Source: Candidatus Eiseniibacteriota bacterium (GTDB lineage: Bacteria > Eisenbacteria > RBG-16-71-46). Taken from it: a stretch of 64,000 bases of DNA. The translations under genes and the position numbers were made by a program. The first letter of the stretch is position 1; the number at the start of each line of letters is the position of its first letter. Of the stretch, positions 19,488-29,977 are shown piece after piece. Under the pieces are notes generated by a model. It had not been told where the DNA came from. It searched no databases and was given only the letters and a program-made list of their open reading frames with translations. The stretch is from NCBI GenBank assembly GCA_963776245.1, contig CAVZLN010000003.1, positions 480,001 to 544,000 of the forward strand, written 5' to 3'.

Positions 19488-19525
19488 ACCGCGGCGCACC
19501 CACCGTGGGTGCGCCGCGGTCTTTC
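19488..19525. terminator. Hairpin between two convergent operons (probable terminator)
   Basis: ACCGCGGCGCACCC / GGGTGCGCCGCGGT perfect 14-bp stem followed by CTTTC. Confidence 0.65.
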
Positions 19526-19570
19526 GTATCCCCGGTCGCGAGTCGCGTGGCGACCGCACCGACTCGGCGC

Positions 19571-20842
19571 TCAGTCCTCGAGCTGCCGGATCCTCGCCAC
19601 GACCAGACCAATGAGCATCAGGATGATCACCACCGACCAGGCCATCCCCACCCGCCGGATCCGCCAGTCGCGCAGCGCCGCGAGCCCGTGGTCGCCGGCC
19701 TTGGTGGCCAGGGTCGTGCCTTCCTCGATCACCGCGCCGATCACGGCGGGCTCGAAGCTGTGCAGCGTCGCGCGCAGGCCGACCAGGTGGTCCTGCGCCT
19801 CCTTGAGGGCGTCCCGCCCCTGCCCCGTCTCCATGCCCTTGACCTCGGCGAGCCCCAGCAGGCTGTCCGAGCGGGCCACGCGCTGCTTGAGTCCATCGAA
19901 ACCCGTGACCAGCAGCGCAGTGCTCTTCTCGGCCTTCGACCCCGCCGGGTGACAGCCGGAACACGCGCCCTCGCGGCCCGTGGAGAACATGGCATCGGTG
20001 GGATGCAGGACCGCGTGATTGCCGTGGCACGTCACGCAACCCCGCTTCTTCTGCAGTTCCATCCCGGCCTTCATGCGGCTCTTCTCGAACAGCTCGGCCT
20101 CGCGGCCGTGGCAGGTGCCGCACACCGCCGTGACGTCCGACAGGCCCGGCGGAGCGGCGCCGTGGTTCCCGTGGCAATCGTTGCAGGCCGGCGCCGACAC
20201 ATCGCCCTTCTCGAGCAGGGCCACGCCATGCGCGCTCTTCGCGTACAGGGCGAACTGGTCGGTGCGGATGCCGCGCCCCTTCATGTAGTCGGCATTGTGG
20301 CAATGGGCGCAGGTGCGGGGCACGTTGGTCGCGTAGACCGGGGACCCCGGGTCGTTGTGCGGCCGGATGCCGTGCACCCCGTGGCAGCTCGTGCAGGTCG
20401 CCACCCGGGTGTCGCCCGCGGCGGCCCGCTTGTAATGCACGCTGGTCTGGAATTCCGCCAGCGAGAAGATGTAGGGCCGCGGATTGTAGTGCTTCATGTA
20501 GGCGGCGTTCGCGTGGCACGAGGCGCACAGCGCCGCGATCTGGTCGTGCTTCGGCTTGCCCTTGAAGCCCTTGTCGGGGTCCATCGCGGTCACGTCGGCA
20601 TCGGTCGGATCCCCGCCGTGGCAGGCGACGCAGCCGAGCCCGCGCTCGGCGTGGATGTCGTGCGCGTAGCCCTTCACGGGATCCCGCAGGTTCGCTTCCT
20701 CGAGCTTGCCGTGACATTCCACGCACGAGTCCGCCGCCACGCTCGTGGCGGGAGACAGCAGCAGGAGCGCGGCGACCGGGAGGATCCACGCCGGCATCGC
20801 GCGGCGGGAGGGATTCAGGGGATGACGGCCCGCGGCGCTCAC
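19571..20842 (-). CDS. Nonaheme cytochrome c with C-terminal membrane anchor, copy 2
   Basis: 9 CxxCH with spacing similar to 13374..14606. GTG start overlaps the cytochrome b stop (alternative ATG at 20797). Confidence 0.9.
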   Translation of the reverse strand: MSAAGRHPLNPSRRAMPAWILPVAALLLLSPATSVAADSCVECHGKLEEANLRDPVKGYAHDIHAERGLGCVACHGGDPTDADVTAMDPDKGFKGKPKHDQIAALCASCHANAAYMKHYNPRPYIFSLAEFQTSVHYKRAAAGDTRVATCTSCHGVHGIRPHNDPGSPVYATNVPRTCAHCHNADYMKGRGIRTDQFALYAKSAHGVALLEKGDVSAPACNDCHGNHGAAPPGLSDVTAVCGTCHGREAELFEKSRMKAGMELQKKRGCVTCHGNHAVLHPTDAMFSTGREGACSGCHPAGSKAEKSTALLVTGFDGLKQRVARSDSLLGLAEVKGMETGQGRDALKEAQDHLVGLRATLHSFEPAVIGAVIEEGTTLATKAGDHGLAALRDWRIRRVGMAWSVVIILMLIGLVVARIRQLED

Positions 20843-21909
20843 TTCTTGCCTCCGACGTACACCAGCACGGTGAACACGATGACGTAGACCAGCGCGAGCG
20901 CCCCGAGGACGCGCCACACCAGGGCGCGGCGGCCACGTCCATCCGGCGTGTCCAGGAACGGCACCATGGCCCACACCAGCCCCGCCACCCCGAAGCCGAC
21001 GATCCCGACCATCTCCCCCTCCAGGCCCATGATCTTCGACGGCAGCATGCGCAGCGTCTGGAACATCCAGCCGAAGTACCACTCGGGCTTGATCCCCGCG
21101 GGGGCCGGAGCATACGGGTCGGCCTTGAGACCCAGTTCCCAGGGGAACAGCGCCGCGAGCAGCGCCAGCACCCCGAGCGCGGCCAGCCACCCGACCAGGT
21201 CGCGCAGCAGGAAGTTGGGCACGAACCGCATCTCGCGGGCGGGCTTGTCCCCGGGCTCCGCCGAGGGCGGGCTGCTCATGCCGTGCCACTGCACCAGGAA
21301 GAGATGGAGTCCCAGCAGCGCGGTGGCGATCGCCGGCAGGACGGCCACGTGGAAGCCGAAGAAGCGCGTGAGCGTGCCACCCGTGATCTGGTCGCCGCCG
21401 CGCAGCAGGCGCGCCATGAACGTGCCGACCACCGGCACGTCGCCCATGATGTCGGTGCCCACCTTGGTGGCGAAGAACGCGAGCTGGTTCCAGGGCAGCA
21501 GGTAGCCGCTGAAACCGAAGCCGAACGCCAGCAGGAGGAGCGCCATACCGGTCAGCCACGTGATCTCGCGCGGGCCCCGGTACGACTTCAGCATGAAGGC
21601 GCTGAACATGTGGATCATGGCCGCGCCCACCATCAGGTTCGCGCTCCAGGAATGGATCGAACGGATGAGCCATCCGAACGAGACCTGGGTCATCAGGAAG
21701 CGCACGCTCTCGTAGGCCTCGTCCGCGCTCGGCCGGTAGTAGAGGACGAGCAGGATCCCGGTGGCCACCTGGATCCCGAACAGGAACAGCGTCATCCCGC
21801 CCCAGTAGTACCAGAAGGTGTGCCGGTGGACCGGCACGCGCTTCTTTTCCGCCACGTGCTGGAGCGCCTCGATGGGCAGCCGGGTCCGGAACCACTCCAT
21901 CAGGCTCAT
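20839..21909 (-). CDS. Cytochrome b (bc/b6 family), canonical copy
   Basis: Four His ligands (RSIHSW...MIHM; FHVAV...GLHL), GYLLPW, Qo motif KPEWY. Confidence 0.93.
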   Translation of the reverse strand: MSLMEWFRTRLPIEALQHVAEKKRVPVHRHTFWYYWGGMTLFLFGIQVATGILLVLYYRPSADEAYESVRFLMTQVSFGWLIRSIHSWSANLMVGAAMIHMFSAFMLKSYRGPREITWLTGMALLLLAFGFGFSGYLLPWNQLAFFATKVGTDIMGDVPVVGTFMARLLRGGDQITGGTLTRFFGFHVAVLPAIATALLGLHLFLVQWHGMSSPPSAEPGDKPAREMRFVPNFLLRDLVGWLAALGVLALLAALFPWELGLKADPYAPAPAGIKPEWYFGWMFQTLRMLPSKIMGLEGEMVGIVGFGVAGLVWAMVPFLDTPDGRGRRALVWRVLGALALVYVIVFTVLVYVGGKK

Positions 21910-22337
21910 GCGCCCTTCGCCTTCTCGACCACCACCTGGTCGCCGACGACGTGGACGACGTAGGGCTCGAGCGGGCGCGGGGGCGGCCCCGAGACATTGC
22001 GCCCCTCGAGGTCGTACGCGCCGTTGTGGCAGGCGCACCAGATGGACTTGTTCGCGGCGCGGTACTGCACCGTGCACCCCAGATGCGTGCAGACGGCGGA
22101 GAACGCGCGGTAGCCGCCGTCCGCGGTGCGGATCAGGATGCCCGGCTCGGCTCCGAACGGGAAGGTCTTGAAGCTCCCGGGGGCCAGCTCGTCCTGCTTG
22201 GCCGCCACCACCCGTCGCGTCGCCGCTTCGGGCATCCGGGGCGGCACGAGGTAACGCGCCACCGGGTAGAGGACGAAGGCGCCGAGCGCGGAGCCCGAGA
22301 TCTTGATCAGCCAGTCGAGGAATACCCGTCGTTTCAT
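21906..22337 (-). CDS. Rieske [2Fe-2S] protein, copy 2
   Basis: Tat motif [27 protein letters not shown]. Confidence 0.92.
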   Translation of the reverse strand: MKRRVFLDWLIKISGSALGAFVLYPVARYLVPPRMPEAATRRVVAAKQDELAPGSFKTFPFGAEPGILIRTADGGYRAFSAVCTHLGCTVQYRAANKSIWCACHNGAYDLEGRNVSGPPPRPLEPYVVHVVGDQVVVEKAKGA

Positions 22338-22454
22338 CGAGCGCAACCTTCTGAGGGTGGGGAACACGGCACGGGTGCGGGGTCAGGGATGACCCGTTCA
22401 AGACCGGAGCAGACTAGCATCCGCGATGGCGGCGTCCACGGATTTATTTCGCGC

Positions 22455-25376
22455 TCACCGGTATCCGAAGATCTCCGCATAGAGGATCGCGAGGACCAGC
22501 AGGATGCCGATGGTCAGCGCGATCGACCCAAAGACGACCCACTTGTGGATGCCGCGGGGATCCGGGGCCGGCTCCAGGTGCTCCTCGAGCCGGCCGCTCG
22601 CCACCAGCGCCTCGTATTCGCGCGGCCGGTCGGTCTTGAACTCGTCGAGCGGGATGGTGCCGGTGAAGATGACCGTGTCCATCGGGAACTTCTCGGGGCG
22701 GAAGTGGGTGTTGAAGAAATGCACGGTGAAGATGAAGCCCACCGCGAGCAGCGCCTCGTCACTGTGGATGATGGTGGCGACGTTGAGCAGCCAGCCGGGG
22801 ATGAACCGGGTGAAGAACGTCGGGAACCACAGCAGCAGGCCCGACACGCCGATCACCGCCACCCCCCAGAACACGGCGAAGTAGTCGAACTTCTCCCAGT
22901 AGGTCCAACGCCCGTACGACGGCCGCGGCCCCTTCCCGAGGAACCACCGCACCGAGCCGATGAACTCCTTGCCATCCTGCAGGTTGGGCAGCATGCCGCC
23001 CGGGCCGGTGATGAACCCCTTCCACGACAGTCCGCTGGTCCGCTTGCGGCGCAACAGGTCGCGGATGTGGATGGCGAAATACGCGAACGTGACCAGCGCG
23101 GCGACGCGGTGGATGAAGCCCGCGGCCTCGAAGCCGCCGAGCACGCGCGAGACCGCCCAGGCCCACGGCGCGTACGAGAACTTGAGCGTCATGCCCGTGA
23201 CCGCGAGCGAGATGAAGCTCACGATCACCATCAGGTGCAGATTGCGATAGAGCTTCGGGAAGCGGCGCACGTGCACCGCCGACTCGAGCGCGTGGGTGCT
23301 CTCGAGCATCCGGCGGTACTGCAGCGAGCGCGGCAGCCACGCCAGCGTGTGCAGGCCGGCGAACAGGAAGGTCCCGGTCAACAGCCCGGTCATGCCCCAG
23401 AAGGTGAAGAACAGCGCCGGGTACTTGTCCGGGTCGTGATGGGTCGCGTGCGTCAGGTAGCCGGCGAAGCGACGGTTCGAGCCCGGGTGGCACATCTGGC
23501 AGGTCTTCACGATGTTCTGCCGGGACAGGTGCGATTTCGGATCGAACGCCGGCAGGATGTCGTGCGCGCCGTGGCAGTCGTAGCACTTGGCGGTCTTCTG
23601 GTAGCCGAGCTTCGACACCTTCCCGTGGTAGGTCTCGAAGTACGTCTTGGCCAGTTCCTGATGGCACTTGCCGCACTGCTGCATGATCTGGAGCCGGAAG
23701 CTGTCCTTGTCCGTGCGGGCGATCTGGTGCGCGCTGTGGCAGTCCGAACACGTGGGCAGCGGCTGCTTGCTCTTCGACACCAGGACCGAGTGGATGCTGC
23801 GGCTGAACTGCTCGTAAATGCCCCGGTGGCACTTCGCGCAGGTGGTCGCGACGTTGGCCAGGTTGATGCTCGACAGCGGGTCGGCGTGCGGCAGCTCGCC
23901 GTGCGCGGTGTGGCAGTCCACGCAGGTGGCGGTCACCACCAGGCCGCTCTCCAGCAGGCCCTTGCCGTGGATGCTCTCGACGTACGACTCGACCACCTTG
24001 CGCTCCGGACCGGTGTAGCGCAGCGCCGCCTTCTGGCCGGTGCGGTGGCAGTCGCCGCACAGGCCGGGGATGTTCTTGGCGTAGGTCCGCGACTCGATCT
24101 CGAGGTGGCCCTTGATGCCGTGCGTGCCGTGACAGGTCACACAGCGCGGCGCGTCGGGGCTCCCCTTGGTGTCGAGCTGCCCGTGTGTGCTCCGCCGGTA
24201 GGTGTTCACCACCTCGACGTGGCACAGCGAGCAGTCCACCTTCGAGGTCAGCGTGCTGCAGGGCCGGTGCGCCGAGGGCGTGGCTCCGGCGTGGCACTGC
24301 GCGCACGCGATCTTCTGGTGCCGCGAGTGCTGGAGGTCGTCCGCGTCCACGAACATCGAGACCTTCCGGCCGGTCTCGTCGGTCCCCGTGAGGTCGCGCC
24401 GCGCGTGGCACGACATGCAGTCGCGGTCCGCCATGCCCTGGGTGTAGAACACCTTGCGCACCTTGTGCGGCTGGTGGCAGTCCACGCACGCGGGCACCGA
24501 GTTCGGCGCCGACTCCCAGCGGGCGCCGTCGATGATCTTGCGGTGCACCTGCTCGATCCGCACGTGGCATTGCTGGCAGGTGGCGGCCACGTTCTGGCGC
24601 GCGATGCTGGAGCGCTTGTCGGTGTGCGGAAGCTGGAAGTGCGCGGTGTGGCACGAGGTGCACACGGCGGTGGAGAGCAGGCCCTTCTGGAACAGCCCCT
24701 GGCCGTGGATGGACTCGGCGTAGTTGTTCAGGATGCTGTCCTGCGGGATGTGATAGAAGGCCTGGACCGGCGAGCCCTCGCGGTGACACTTGTTGCAGAG
24801 ATACGGGACGTTCACCACGTTGGTCGGTGAGCGGAGGTCCTTCGGCCGCAGGACGTCGTGGGTGCCGTGGCACGAGGTGCAGGTGGGCGCGAGCTTCTCG
24901 CCGCGCCGGAACGCCGTGCCGTGCAGGCTCTGGGCGTACTGGCTCGCCTCCTCGGAGTGGCACGCGGCGCACTCCACCCGCTTGAGCTTCTCCGGGTGGG
25001 GGAGTTCCGCCCCCTCGAGATCCGCGTGACACGCCTTGCACTCCAGGCCCGCGTGCGGCGAGGCGCGCAGCGCGGCGGCGCCGAAGCTCGGCGGCTCGCC
25101 GGGCACCCGCTTCCCCCGCGGGCCGGGCGGGTGGCACTGGGCGCAGTCGTCGGATCCCGGGAGCGCGGGGACGGCGGGTGCGGCGGCCCACGAGGCCAGG
25201 GCGAGCGCGAGCGCGCCCACGGCGAGCAGCAGGGCGATGGCACGAGACAGCGGGACACGCGGACGGCGCACGGCACCCACCCCCAAAACGATGCCGCCGT
25301 CCCCCTTCGGGGCCGGCGGCGTGTCGACGGACGGATCGATCGCGGAAGCGGCTCGTGGATCGAAGTGCGGCGTCAC
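22455..25376 (-). CDS. CbcL-like fusion: 19-heme cytochrome c plus C-terminal HyaC/FdnI-type cytochrome b
   Basis: 19 CxxCH; membrane domain with RNLHLM, FIHR, YWEKFDYFAVFWG, IIHSDEALLA...TVHF. Start codon uncertain. Confidence 0.88.
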   Translation of the reverse strand: MTPHFDPRAASAIDPSVDTPPAPKGDGGIVLGVGAVRRPRVPLSRAIALLLAVGALALALASWAAAPAVPALPGSDDCAQCHPPGPRGKRVPGEPPSFGAAALRASPHAGLECKACHADLEGAELPHPEKLKRVECAACHSEEASQYAQSLHGTAFRRGEKLAPTCTSCHGTHDVLRPKDLRSPTNVVNVPYLCNKCHREGSPVQAFYHIPQDSILNNYAESIHGQGLFQKGLLSTAVCTSCHTAHFQLPHTDKRSSIARQNVAATCQQCHVRIEQVHRKIIDGARWESAPNSVPACVDCHQPHKVRKVFYTQGMADRDCMSCHARRDLTGTDETGRKVSMFVDADDLQHSRHQKIACAQCHAGATPSAHRPCSTLTSKVDCSLCHVEVVNTYRRSTHGQLDTKGSPDAPRCVTCHGTHGIKGHLEIESRTYAKNIPGLCGDCHRTGQKAALRYTGPERKVVESYVESIHGKGLLESGLVVTATCVDCHTAHGELPHADPLSSINLANVATTCAKCHRGIYEQFSRSIHSVLVSKSKQPLPTCSDCHSAHQIARTDKDSFRLQIMQQCGKCHQELAKTYFETYHGKVSKLGYQKTAKCYDCHGAHDILPAFDPKSHLSRQNIVKTCQMCHPGSNRRFAGYLTHATHHDPDKYPALFFTFWGMTGLLTGTFLFAGLHTLAWLPRSLQYRRMLESTHALESAVHVRRFPKLYRNLHLMVIVSFISLAVTGMTLKFSYAPWAWAVSRVLGGFEAAGFIHRVAALVTFAYFAIHIRDLLRRKRTSGLSWKGFITGPGGMLPNLQDGKEFIGSVRWFLGKGPRPSYGRWTYWEKFDYFAVFWGVAVIGVSGLLLWFPTFFTRFIPGWLLNVATIIHSDEALLAVGFIFTVHFFNTHFRPEKFPMDTVIFTGTIPLDEFKTDRPREYEALVASGRLEEHLEPAPDPRGIHKWVVFGSIALTIGILLVLAILYAEIFGYR

Positions 25377-25462
25377 CTCATCCCCGCCCTTCCTCGAGCC
25401 CGCACCGGGACCACGCCCGCCCGGAGCGCGCGAGCGCCCCGGGCGGATGCGTCATCGCTTCC

Positions 25463-26005
25463 TCAGCCCTTCGCCGCCGGCTTCTTGGCGTGGGGGAAGC
25501 CTCCCTTGAGGGCCTCGGCGAAGTCGAACTTCGGACTCGTCACCGCGGTGTGACAGGTCTTGCAGACCGCCTCGGTCGGCAGGGGCTGCATGGCCTTCTT
25601 CTTCTCCGCCATGGGCGCCGCCATGTGCTTGCTGCCCGGACCGTGGCACGCCTCACAGGCGACTCCCGTGAACGCGGCGTTCTTGGTGGTGTCGGCCCCG
25701 AAACCACCGGCACCGTGGCCCACCACGTGGCACTTGAGACAGACCGGCGACTTCGACGCCGGGCCCTTGACCTCGGCCTTCAGCTTCTCGGCCCACTCGG
25801 CCGTCACCTTCGCATCGGCCTTCTCGAGGGTCGCGAGCGCGCTGGCGTGCTTGGTGGCCGACCAGCTGGTGTAGATCGGCAGGTCGGGCTTGTTGTGACA
25901 CATCTTGCACTTCGTCGTGCCGACGTACGTCGCCTTGTCCTGGGCCAGGGCGGCACCGGCGAGCATCAGGACGGCGAGGACGCTGAGGGTGAAGATCCGG
26001 CGCAC
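25463..26005 (-). CDS. Periplasmic tetraheme cytochrome c (c554-like family)
   Basis: RBS GGAGGAGG, signal peptide, YVGTTKCKMCH, CLKCH, GVACEACHGPGSKH, CKTCH. Confidence 0.88.
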   Translation of the reverse strand: MRRIFTLSVLAVLMLAGAALAQDKATYVGTTKCKMCHNKPDLPIYTSWSATKHASALATLEKADAKVTAEWAEKLKAEVKGPASKSPVCLKCHVVGHGAGGFGADTTKNAAFTGVACEACHGPGSKHMAAPMAEKKKAMQPLPTEAVCKTCHTAVTSPKFDFAEALKGGFPHAKKPAAKG

Positions 26006-26099
26006 GAAACCTCCTCCATGAAATAGGTTGGTTTCCAGGTCCCTCGTCCGAGGGAACGCGATCGCGAGTGGCATGTCACGGGGAGCTATCACGCGTTCT

Positions 26100-26115
26100 C
26101 GCAAGGACCGGGCCA
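26100..26115 (-). promoter_or_regulatory. Sigma-54 (-24/-12) promoter of the cytochrome c/CbcL/Rieske operon
   Basis: Minus strand TGGCCCGGTCCTTGCG: GG-N10-GC spacing, close to consensus TGGCACG-N4-TTGC; about 95 nt upstream of the start. Confidence 0.7.
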
Positions 26116-26294
26116 TGGGTGGACAGGCCGGGCGGCGCACGCGGACACCCACAACTCCGCAATAATACGCAGGCGCCGACGCGGAGGCGACGGCGCCTGA
26201 CCGGCCGGGGGCATCATAACCCCCTGCCTCTTTTTCATGGTACTGCCATTCCGTCGGGTCGGCGGGAACGGTGGCGCCCCCGCCGCACCCGGGT

Positions 26295-27311
26295 CTATTT
26301 CAACTCGCAGAGCTGGTAGAGCCGTTCCACGTTGCCCTGCACCCAGCCCTTCATCCGCTCCAGGTCCTGCTCCCGGCCCGGGCGGGCGACGGCCTTGCCG
26401 GACTGCTTGTCGGTCTGGACCAGGTGGGCGAAGCGCCGCTGCTGGCCGAGGAACTCCTCGACCGCCGGACGGTCCGCCGCGTCCCGGGCGCAGTCCTTCA
26501 CCGCACCGCCCTTCCCGCGCCGCCAGATGAACGCGGGGAACACGCCGGCCTGGGCCCCCACGAGCGCGAGGTCGATGGTCTTGCCGTCCTCGAACTTCCA
26601 TCCGCTGATGCACGGCGCCGGCACGAAGATCACCGCCGTGCCGGTCTCGAGCGCGAGCGAGTCCTCGACCGTCTTGAGGAACAGCTTGCCGTGCGCCGGG
26701 CTCACTTGCGCCACCAGCTCCGCTCCCGCGGCGATGGCGAGGTGGATGTAGTCGAGCGGCGAGCGCGGATTGCCCATCGAGCCCGTGCCCGAGGGCGTCG
26801 TGCTGGTGTCGGCGAACGGCGTGGTCGCCGGGCTGTACTGGAAGCCGGTGTTGGCGAAGATCTCGTTCACCAGCACCACCATGGTGATGCGCGCCCGACG
26901 GTTGATGGTGTGCAGCAGGGCCCGCAGCCCGATGGCCAGCGCGCCGCCGTCCCCGCTCGCCGAGATCACCTGCACCGGACGTTCGAGCGCTCCACACTCG
27001 GTGAGGACGTCGGCCACGTCGCGAGCGGCCTCGCCCAGCGTCGGCGCGGACTCGAACACGTTGTGCAGGATCGCGAACGACTTCGCGAAGTCGTCCGGCG
27101 CCTGGTCGCCGCGGCCCCACGCCACCACATTCGGGAACGCCAGCGTGGAGACCTCGGCGCACGACGTCCCGATGGTGAAGACGGTCTTGGTCCCATTGTC
27201 CGAGGCGCGGCCGATGTTGCCGAAGGCGATGGACTCCATGCAGCCCGGGCAGAGCGTCGAGCCGGCACGGAAGCAGGAGTCCCGCTGCGCGATCTCCTTG
27301 TAGCCGCTCAT
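26295..27311 (-). CDS. 2-oxoacid:ferredoxin oxidoreductase beta subunit (PorB-like, TPP-binding)
   Basis: LCPGC, GTSC, GDGG...NEIFANTGFQ, APCISGW. Confidence 0.9.
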   Translation of the reverse strand: MSGYKEIAQRDSCFRAGSTLCPGCMESIAFGNIGRASDNGTKTVFTIGTSCAEVSTLAFPNVVAWGRGDQAPDDFAKSFAILHNVFESAPTLGEAARDVADVLTECGALERPVQVISASGDGGALAIGLRALLHTINRRARITMVVLVNEIFANTGFQYSPATTPFADTSTTPSGTGSMGNPRSPLDYIHLAIAAGAELVAQVSPAHGKLFLKTVEDSLALETGTAVIFVPAPCISGWKFEDGKTIDLALVGAQAGVFPAFIWRRGKGGAVKDCARDAADRPAVEEFLGQQRRFAHLVQTDKQSGKAVARPGREQDLERMKGWVQGNVERLYQLCELK

Positions 27312-28642
27312 AGCCGGGTCCCCTCATGGAAGAACATGGTCGCCGGGGGTGCGGGCCCGTCGAGCGCGTCCTTCGCCTCGTCGAGCATCGCCTCCCACGT
27401 CGGCTCGGACACGTCGGCGCCACCCAGCCCCGCGAACGCGCCGATGATGCGCGGCGGCGAGTCGAGGTCGGACAGCGCGTCGGCGATGTCGAGCGTGAGG
27501 TGGCCGCGCCCGTGGTGATGCGCCTGGTTGACGACCAGCACGATGCTGGCCTTCTTGAGCCGCTCGCGCACGGCGTCGCGCGGGAACGGGGTGAGCAGCC
27601 CCATGGCCAGCCCCGCGACCTTCACGCCGTTGGTCCTGGCCCAGTCCGCGTACAGCGCCTCGAAGGTGCCGAAGTCCGGGCCCATGCCCACGACCGCGAT
27701 GTCCACCACGCCGTCGTCGGGCCAGCCCATGGCTTCGAAGAACGCGAGCCCCGGGCGTCCGAAGGTCGCCTGGAAGTCCGCGCCGAGCTTCGGCAGCACG
27801 TCGAGCACGTTATTCATGCGCCGCTTCTGCGCCACCTTGAAGCCCTGGAAATGGCGCGACGTGACGCAATTGCCCATCGCGGTGTCGCCATTGATCAGCC
27901 CCGGCAGCGGGCACGGCTGGATCCAGCGATCCTGGAACGCATGGATCGCGGCGTCCGGCTCGGCGATGAACCGTGCATTGCGATGGCTGTCCTTGATGCC
28001 GTAGTAGCCCGGCATGGTCGGGGTGAGCACGTCGGGATGCATGCCGAGGCACGGCGCCTGGAGGATGGTGTCGTAGATCTGCTGCTTGCCGCGCGCGCAG
28101 ATCTGGATCAGCCCGTCGTCGCGGTGCGCGAGGGTGTCGGACGGATCGCCCTCGATGCACAACGGGAAGTTCGCGGTCGCACGGTAGACGTCGATGAGCA
28201 CGATGTTGCCGAGCCCGGACGCGCCCATCGAGCGCGTGGTCTCGGTCATGTGGTCGAGGCCGACGCTGCTGGTGGCGGTCGGGAAGATCAAGTCCCGGCA
28301 CGCCGCCGCGGCGCCGACCATGTAGTCGGCCACGGCGTGCTCGGCCTCCATCAACTTGATGCGCTTCAGTCCGCCGGGCTGGTTGGCGATCTGTGCCGCC
28401 ACCGTCTCGATCCACTTGGTGGAGGGCGTGATCGGGAACCCGGCGAAGATCACCGCGCGCCACATCTGAAGCGTGGCGATGGCCGCGGCGGTGTTGCCGT
28501 CGGCGGTCACCGACTCGCGCTGGGTGTAGAGCGGGATGTGCCGGGCCTTGACCTTCTCCAGCCGGACCGAGTCGTCGTAACGCTCGCCGGAGGGAGTCGA
28601 GACGTGCGGCATCACCTGCAGGGTGCTTTCGGGCGCGCTCAT
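27308..28642 (-). CDS. 2-oxoacid:ferredoxin oxidoreductase alpha subunit (PorA-like)
   Basis: DGNTAAA, GFPITPST, EAEHA, TATSSVGL, GLGGADV. Confidence 0.9.
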   Translation of the reverse strand: MSAPESTLQVMPHVSTPSGERYDDSVRLEKVKARHIPLYTQRESVTADGNTAAAIATLQMWRAVIFAGFPITPSTKWIETVAAQIANQPGGLKRIKLMEAEHAVADYMVGAAAACRDLIFPTATSSVGLDHMTETTRSMGASGLGNIVLIDVYRATANFPLCIEGDPSDTLAHRDDGLIQICARGKQQIYDTILQAPCLGMHPDVLTPTMPGYYGIKDSHRNARFIAEPDAAIHAFQDRWIQPCPLPGLINGDTAMGNCVTSRHFQGFKVAQKRRMNNVLDVLPKLGADFQATFGRPGLAFFEAMGWPDDGVVDIAVVGMGPDFGTFEALYADWARTNGVKVAGLAMGLLTPFPRDAVRERLKKASIVLVVNQAHHHGRGHLTLDIADALSDLDSPPRIIGAFAGLGGADVSEPTWEAMLDEAKDALDGPAPPATMFFHEGTRL

Positions 28643-29607
28643 GCTCCGACCTCCTCCCACTTCTCCTCGTACGCCCCTTCTTTGAAGAGGTTCTCGGGGC
28701 ACACGGCGATGCACTCGCCGCACAGCTTGCAGAACGAACTCACGTCGGCGCCGGTGACCAGCACGCCGCGCTGCGCGTCGGGCTGCCAGCGGATGATGCC
28801 CTCGGGACACGAGGTGATGCAGTGCGAGCACCCGGTGCACGCCTGCTGCGGATCCTCGAAGACCAGCCGGAACCCGCTCTTGGCGAAGTTCGCGGTGAGG
28901 TTGGTCTGCGACAGCCGCAGTCGCGTCTGCGCGCCGACCGGCAGCTCGCCGTAGCCCTCGAACGCCGGCGCGGCGTGATCGCCGGGCCGCGATTCGTCGT
29001 ACACGCCGCTCTGGATCGCGTCGAGCGACGCCTTCAGCGCCTCGCGGTTGCGCTCGATGAGCGCGTCCGGGATGCGTCGCTTGGCGAGCATCTTGAGGAA
29101 CGCGTCCACGATCTTGTCGGGCGACAGCCCGCCGATGGCGTGCGCCATGGCGATGTACGCCGACACGTTGCCGATCGGCGCCTTGAGGTAGCGGGTGCCG
29201 ATCTCGTCGCCGGGCACCGTGAAGACTCGCCCGGAGAGGTGGAAGTGCCGCGCGCACTCGAGCGGCGAACGGCGCGTGTTGATCACGAACGTGCCGCCCA
29301 CGGGCACGCCCTGCGCGAAATCCACGCCGCGCGCCGCGGCCTCGTCCATCAGCAGTGAGATGGTCGGGCGCGTGAGTTCGCACGCCGGCGAGATGGGTTT
29401 CGAGGCCACGCGCAGGAAGGAGCGGATGTTGGCCCCACGACGCGCGGAGGAGAAGAACGGCCACTCCTGGACGTGCAACTCGGGGTCGGCGGACAGAAGT
29501 GCGGCGAGGCTCTGGAAGGCGAGCACGAGGCCGCCTCCCGCCTTGCCGTCCCCGCGAAGTTCCAGGATGGAGGCGCGGAGCACCTCCTGCGGGTCGATGG
29601 GTCTCAA
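28639..29607 (-). CDS. 2-oxoacid:ferredoxin oxidoreductase gamma-delta fusion subunit
   Basis: GDGKAGGG, FFSSARRG N-terminal domain; C-terminal CTGCSHCITSCP and FCKLCGECIAVCP. Confidence 0.9.
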   Translation of the reverse strand: MRPIDPQEVLRASILELRGDGKAGGGLVLAFQSLAALLSADPELHVQEWPFFSSARRGANIRSFLRVASKPISPACELTRPTISLLMDEAAARGVDFAQGVPVGGTFVINTRRSPLECARHFHLSGRVFTVPGDEIGTRYLKAPIGNVSAYIAMAHAIGGLSPDKIVDAFLKMLAKRRIPDALIERNREALKASLDAIQSGVYDESRPGDHAAPAFEGYGELPVGAQTRLRLSQTNLTANFAKSGFRLVFEDPQQACTGCSHCITSCPEGIIRWQPDAQRGVLVTGADVSSFCKLCGECIAVCPENLFKEGAYEEKWEEVGA

Positions 29608-29614
29608 AGTCTCC

Positions 29615-29821
29615 TCACTTCCGCCACAGGATCGCGTGGCCCGGACAATCCGTCATGATTTTCTGCAGTTTTGGCATGTAGGAATCATCGATGTCGACGT
29701 TGTAGACTTCGGCGACCTCCTCGTCCTCGACCTTGCGGAACGCGTTCGGAAGCACCTTCATGCAGTCGCCGCATTCGGTGCAAAGGTCTGCATCGACATA
29801 GAACTCAGGCACCTTGCCCAT
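29615..29821 (-). CDS. Single-cluster ferredoxin
   Basis: VDADLCTECGDC...DCPGHAI; RBS GGAGG. Confidence 0.88.
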   Translation of the reverse strand: MGKVPEFYVDADLCTECGDCMKVLPNAFRKVEDEEVAEVYNVDIDDSYMPKLQKIMTDCPGHAILWRK

Positions 29822-29977
29822 CGCTCACACCTCCAGGTGGGGTTCGTGGATCCTGCGTCGCACGGACGCGGCCCCGGCGGTCTTGTGCATAAGTTATGCT
29901 AGGTGGTGAACCCATCGCGCTGAACCCGGCATTCGCGGTGAGGTCGATCCCCTACCCGGGACGAGAGACGAGATCAC

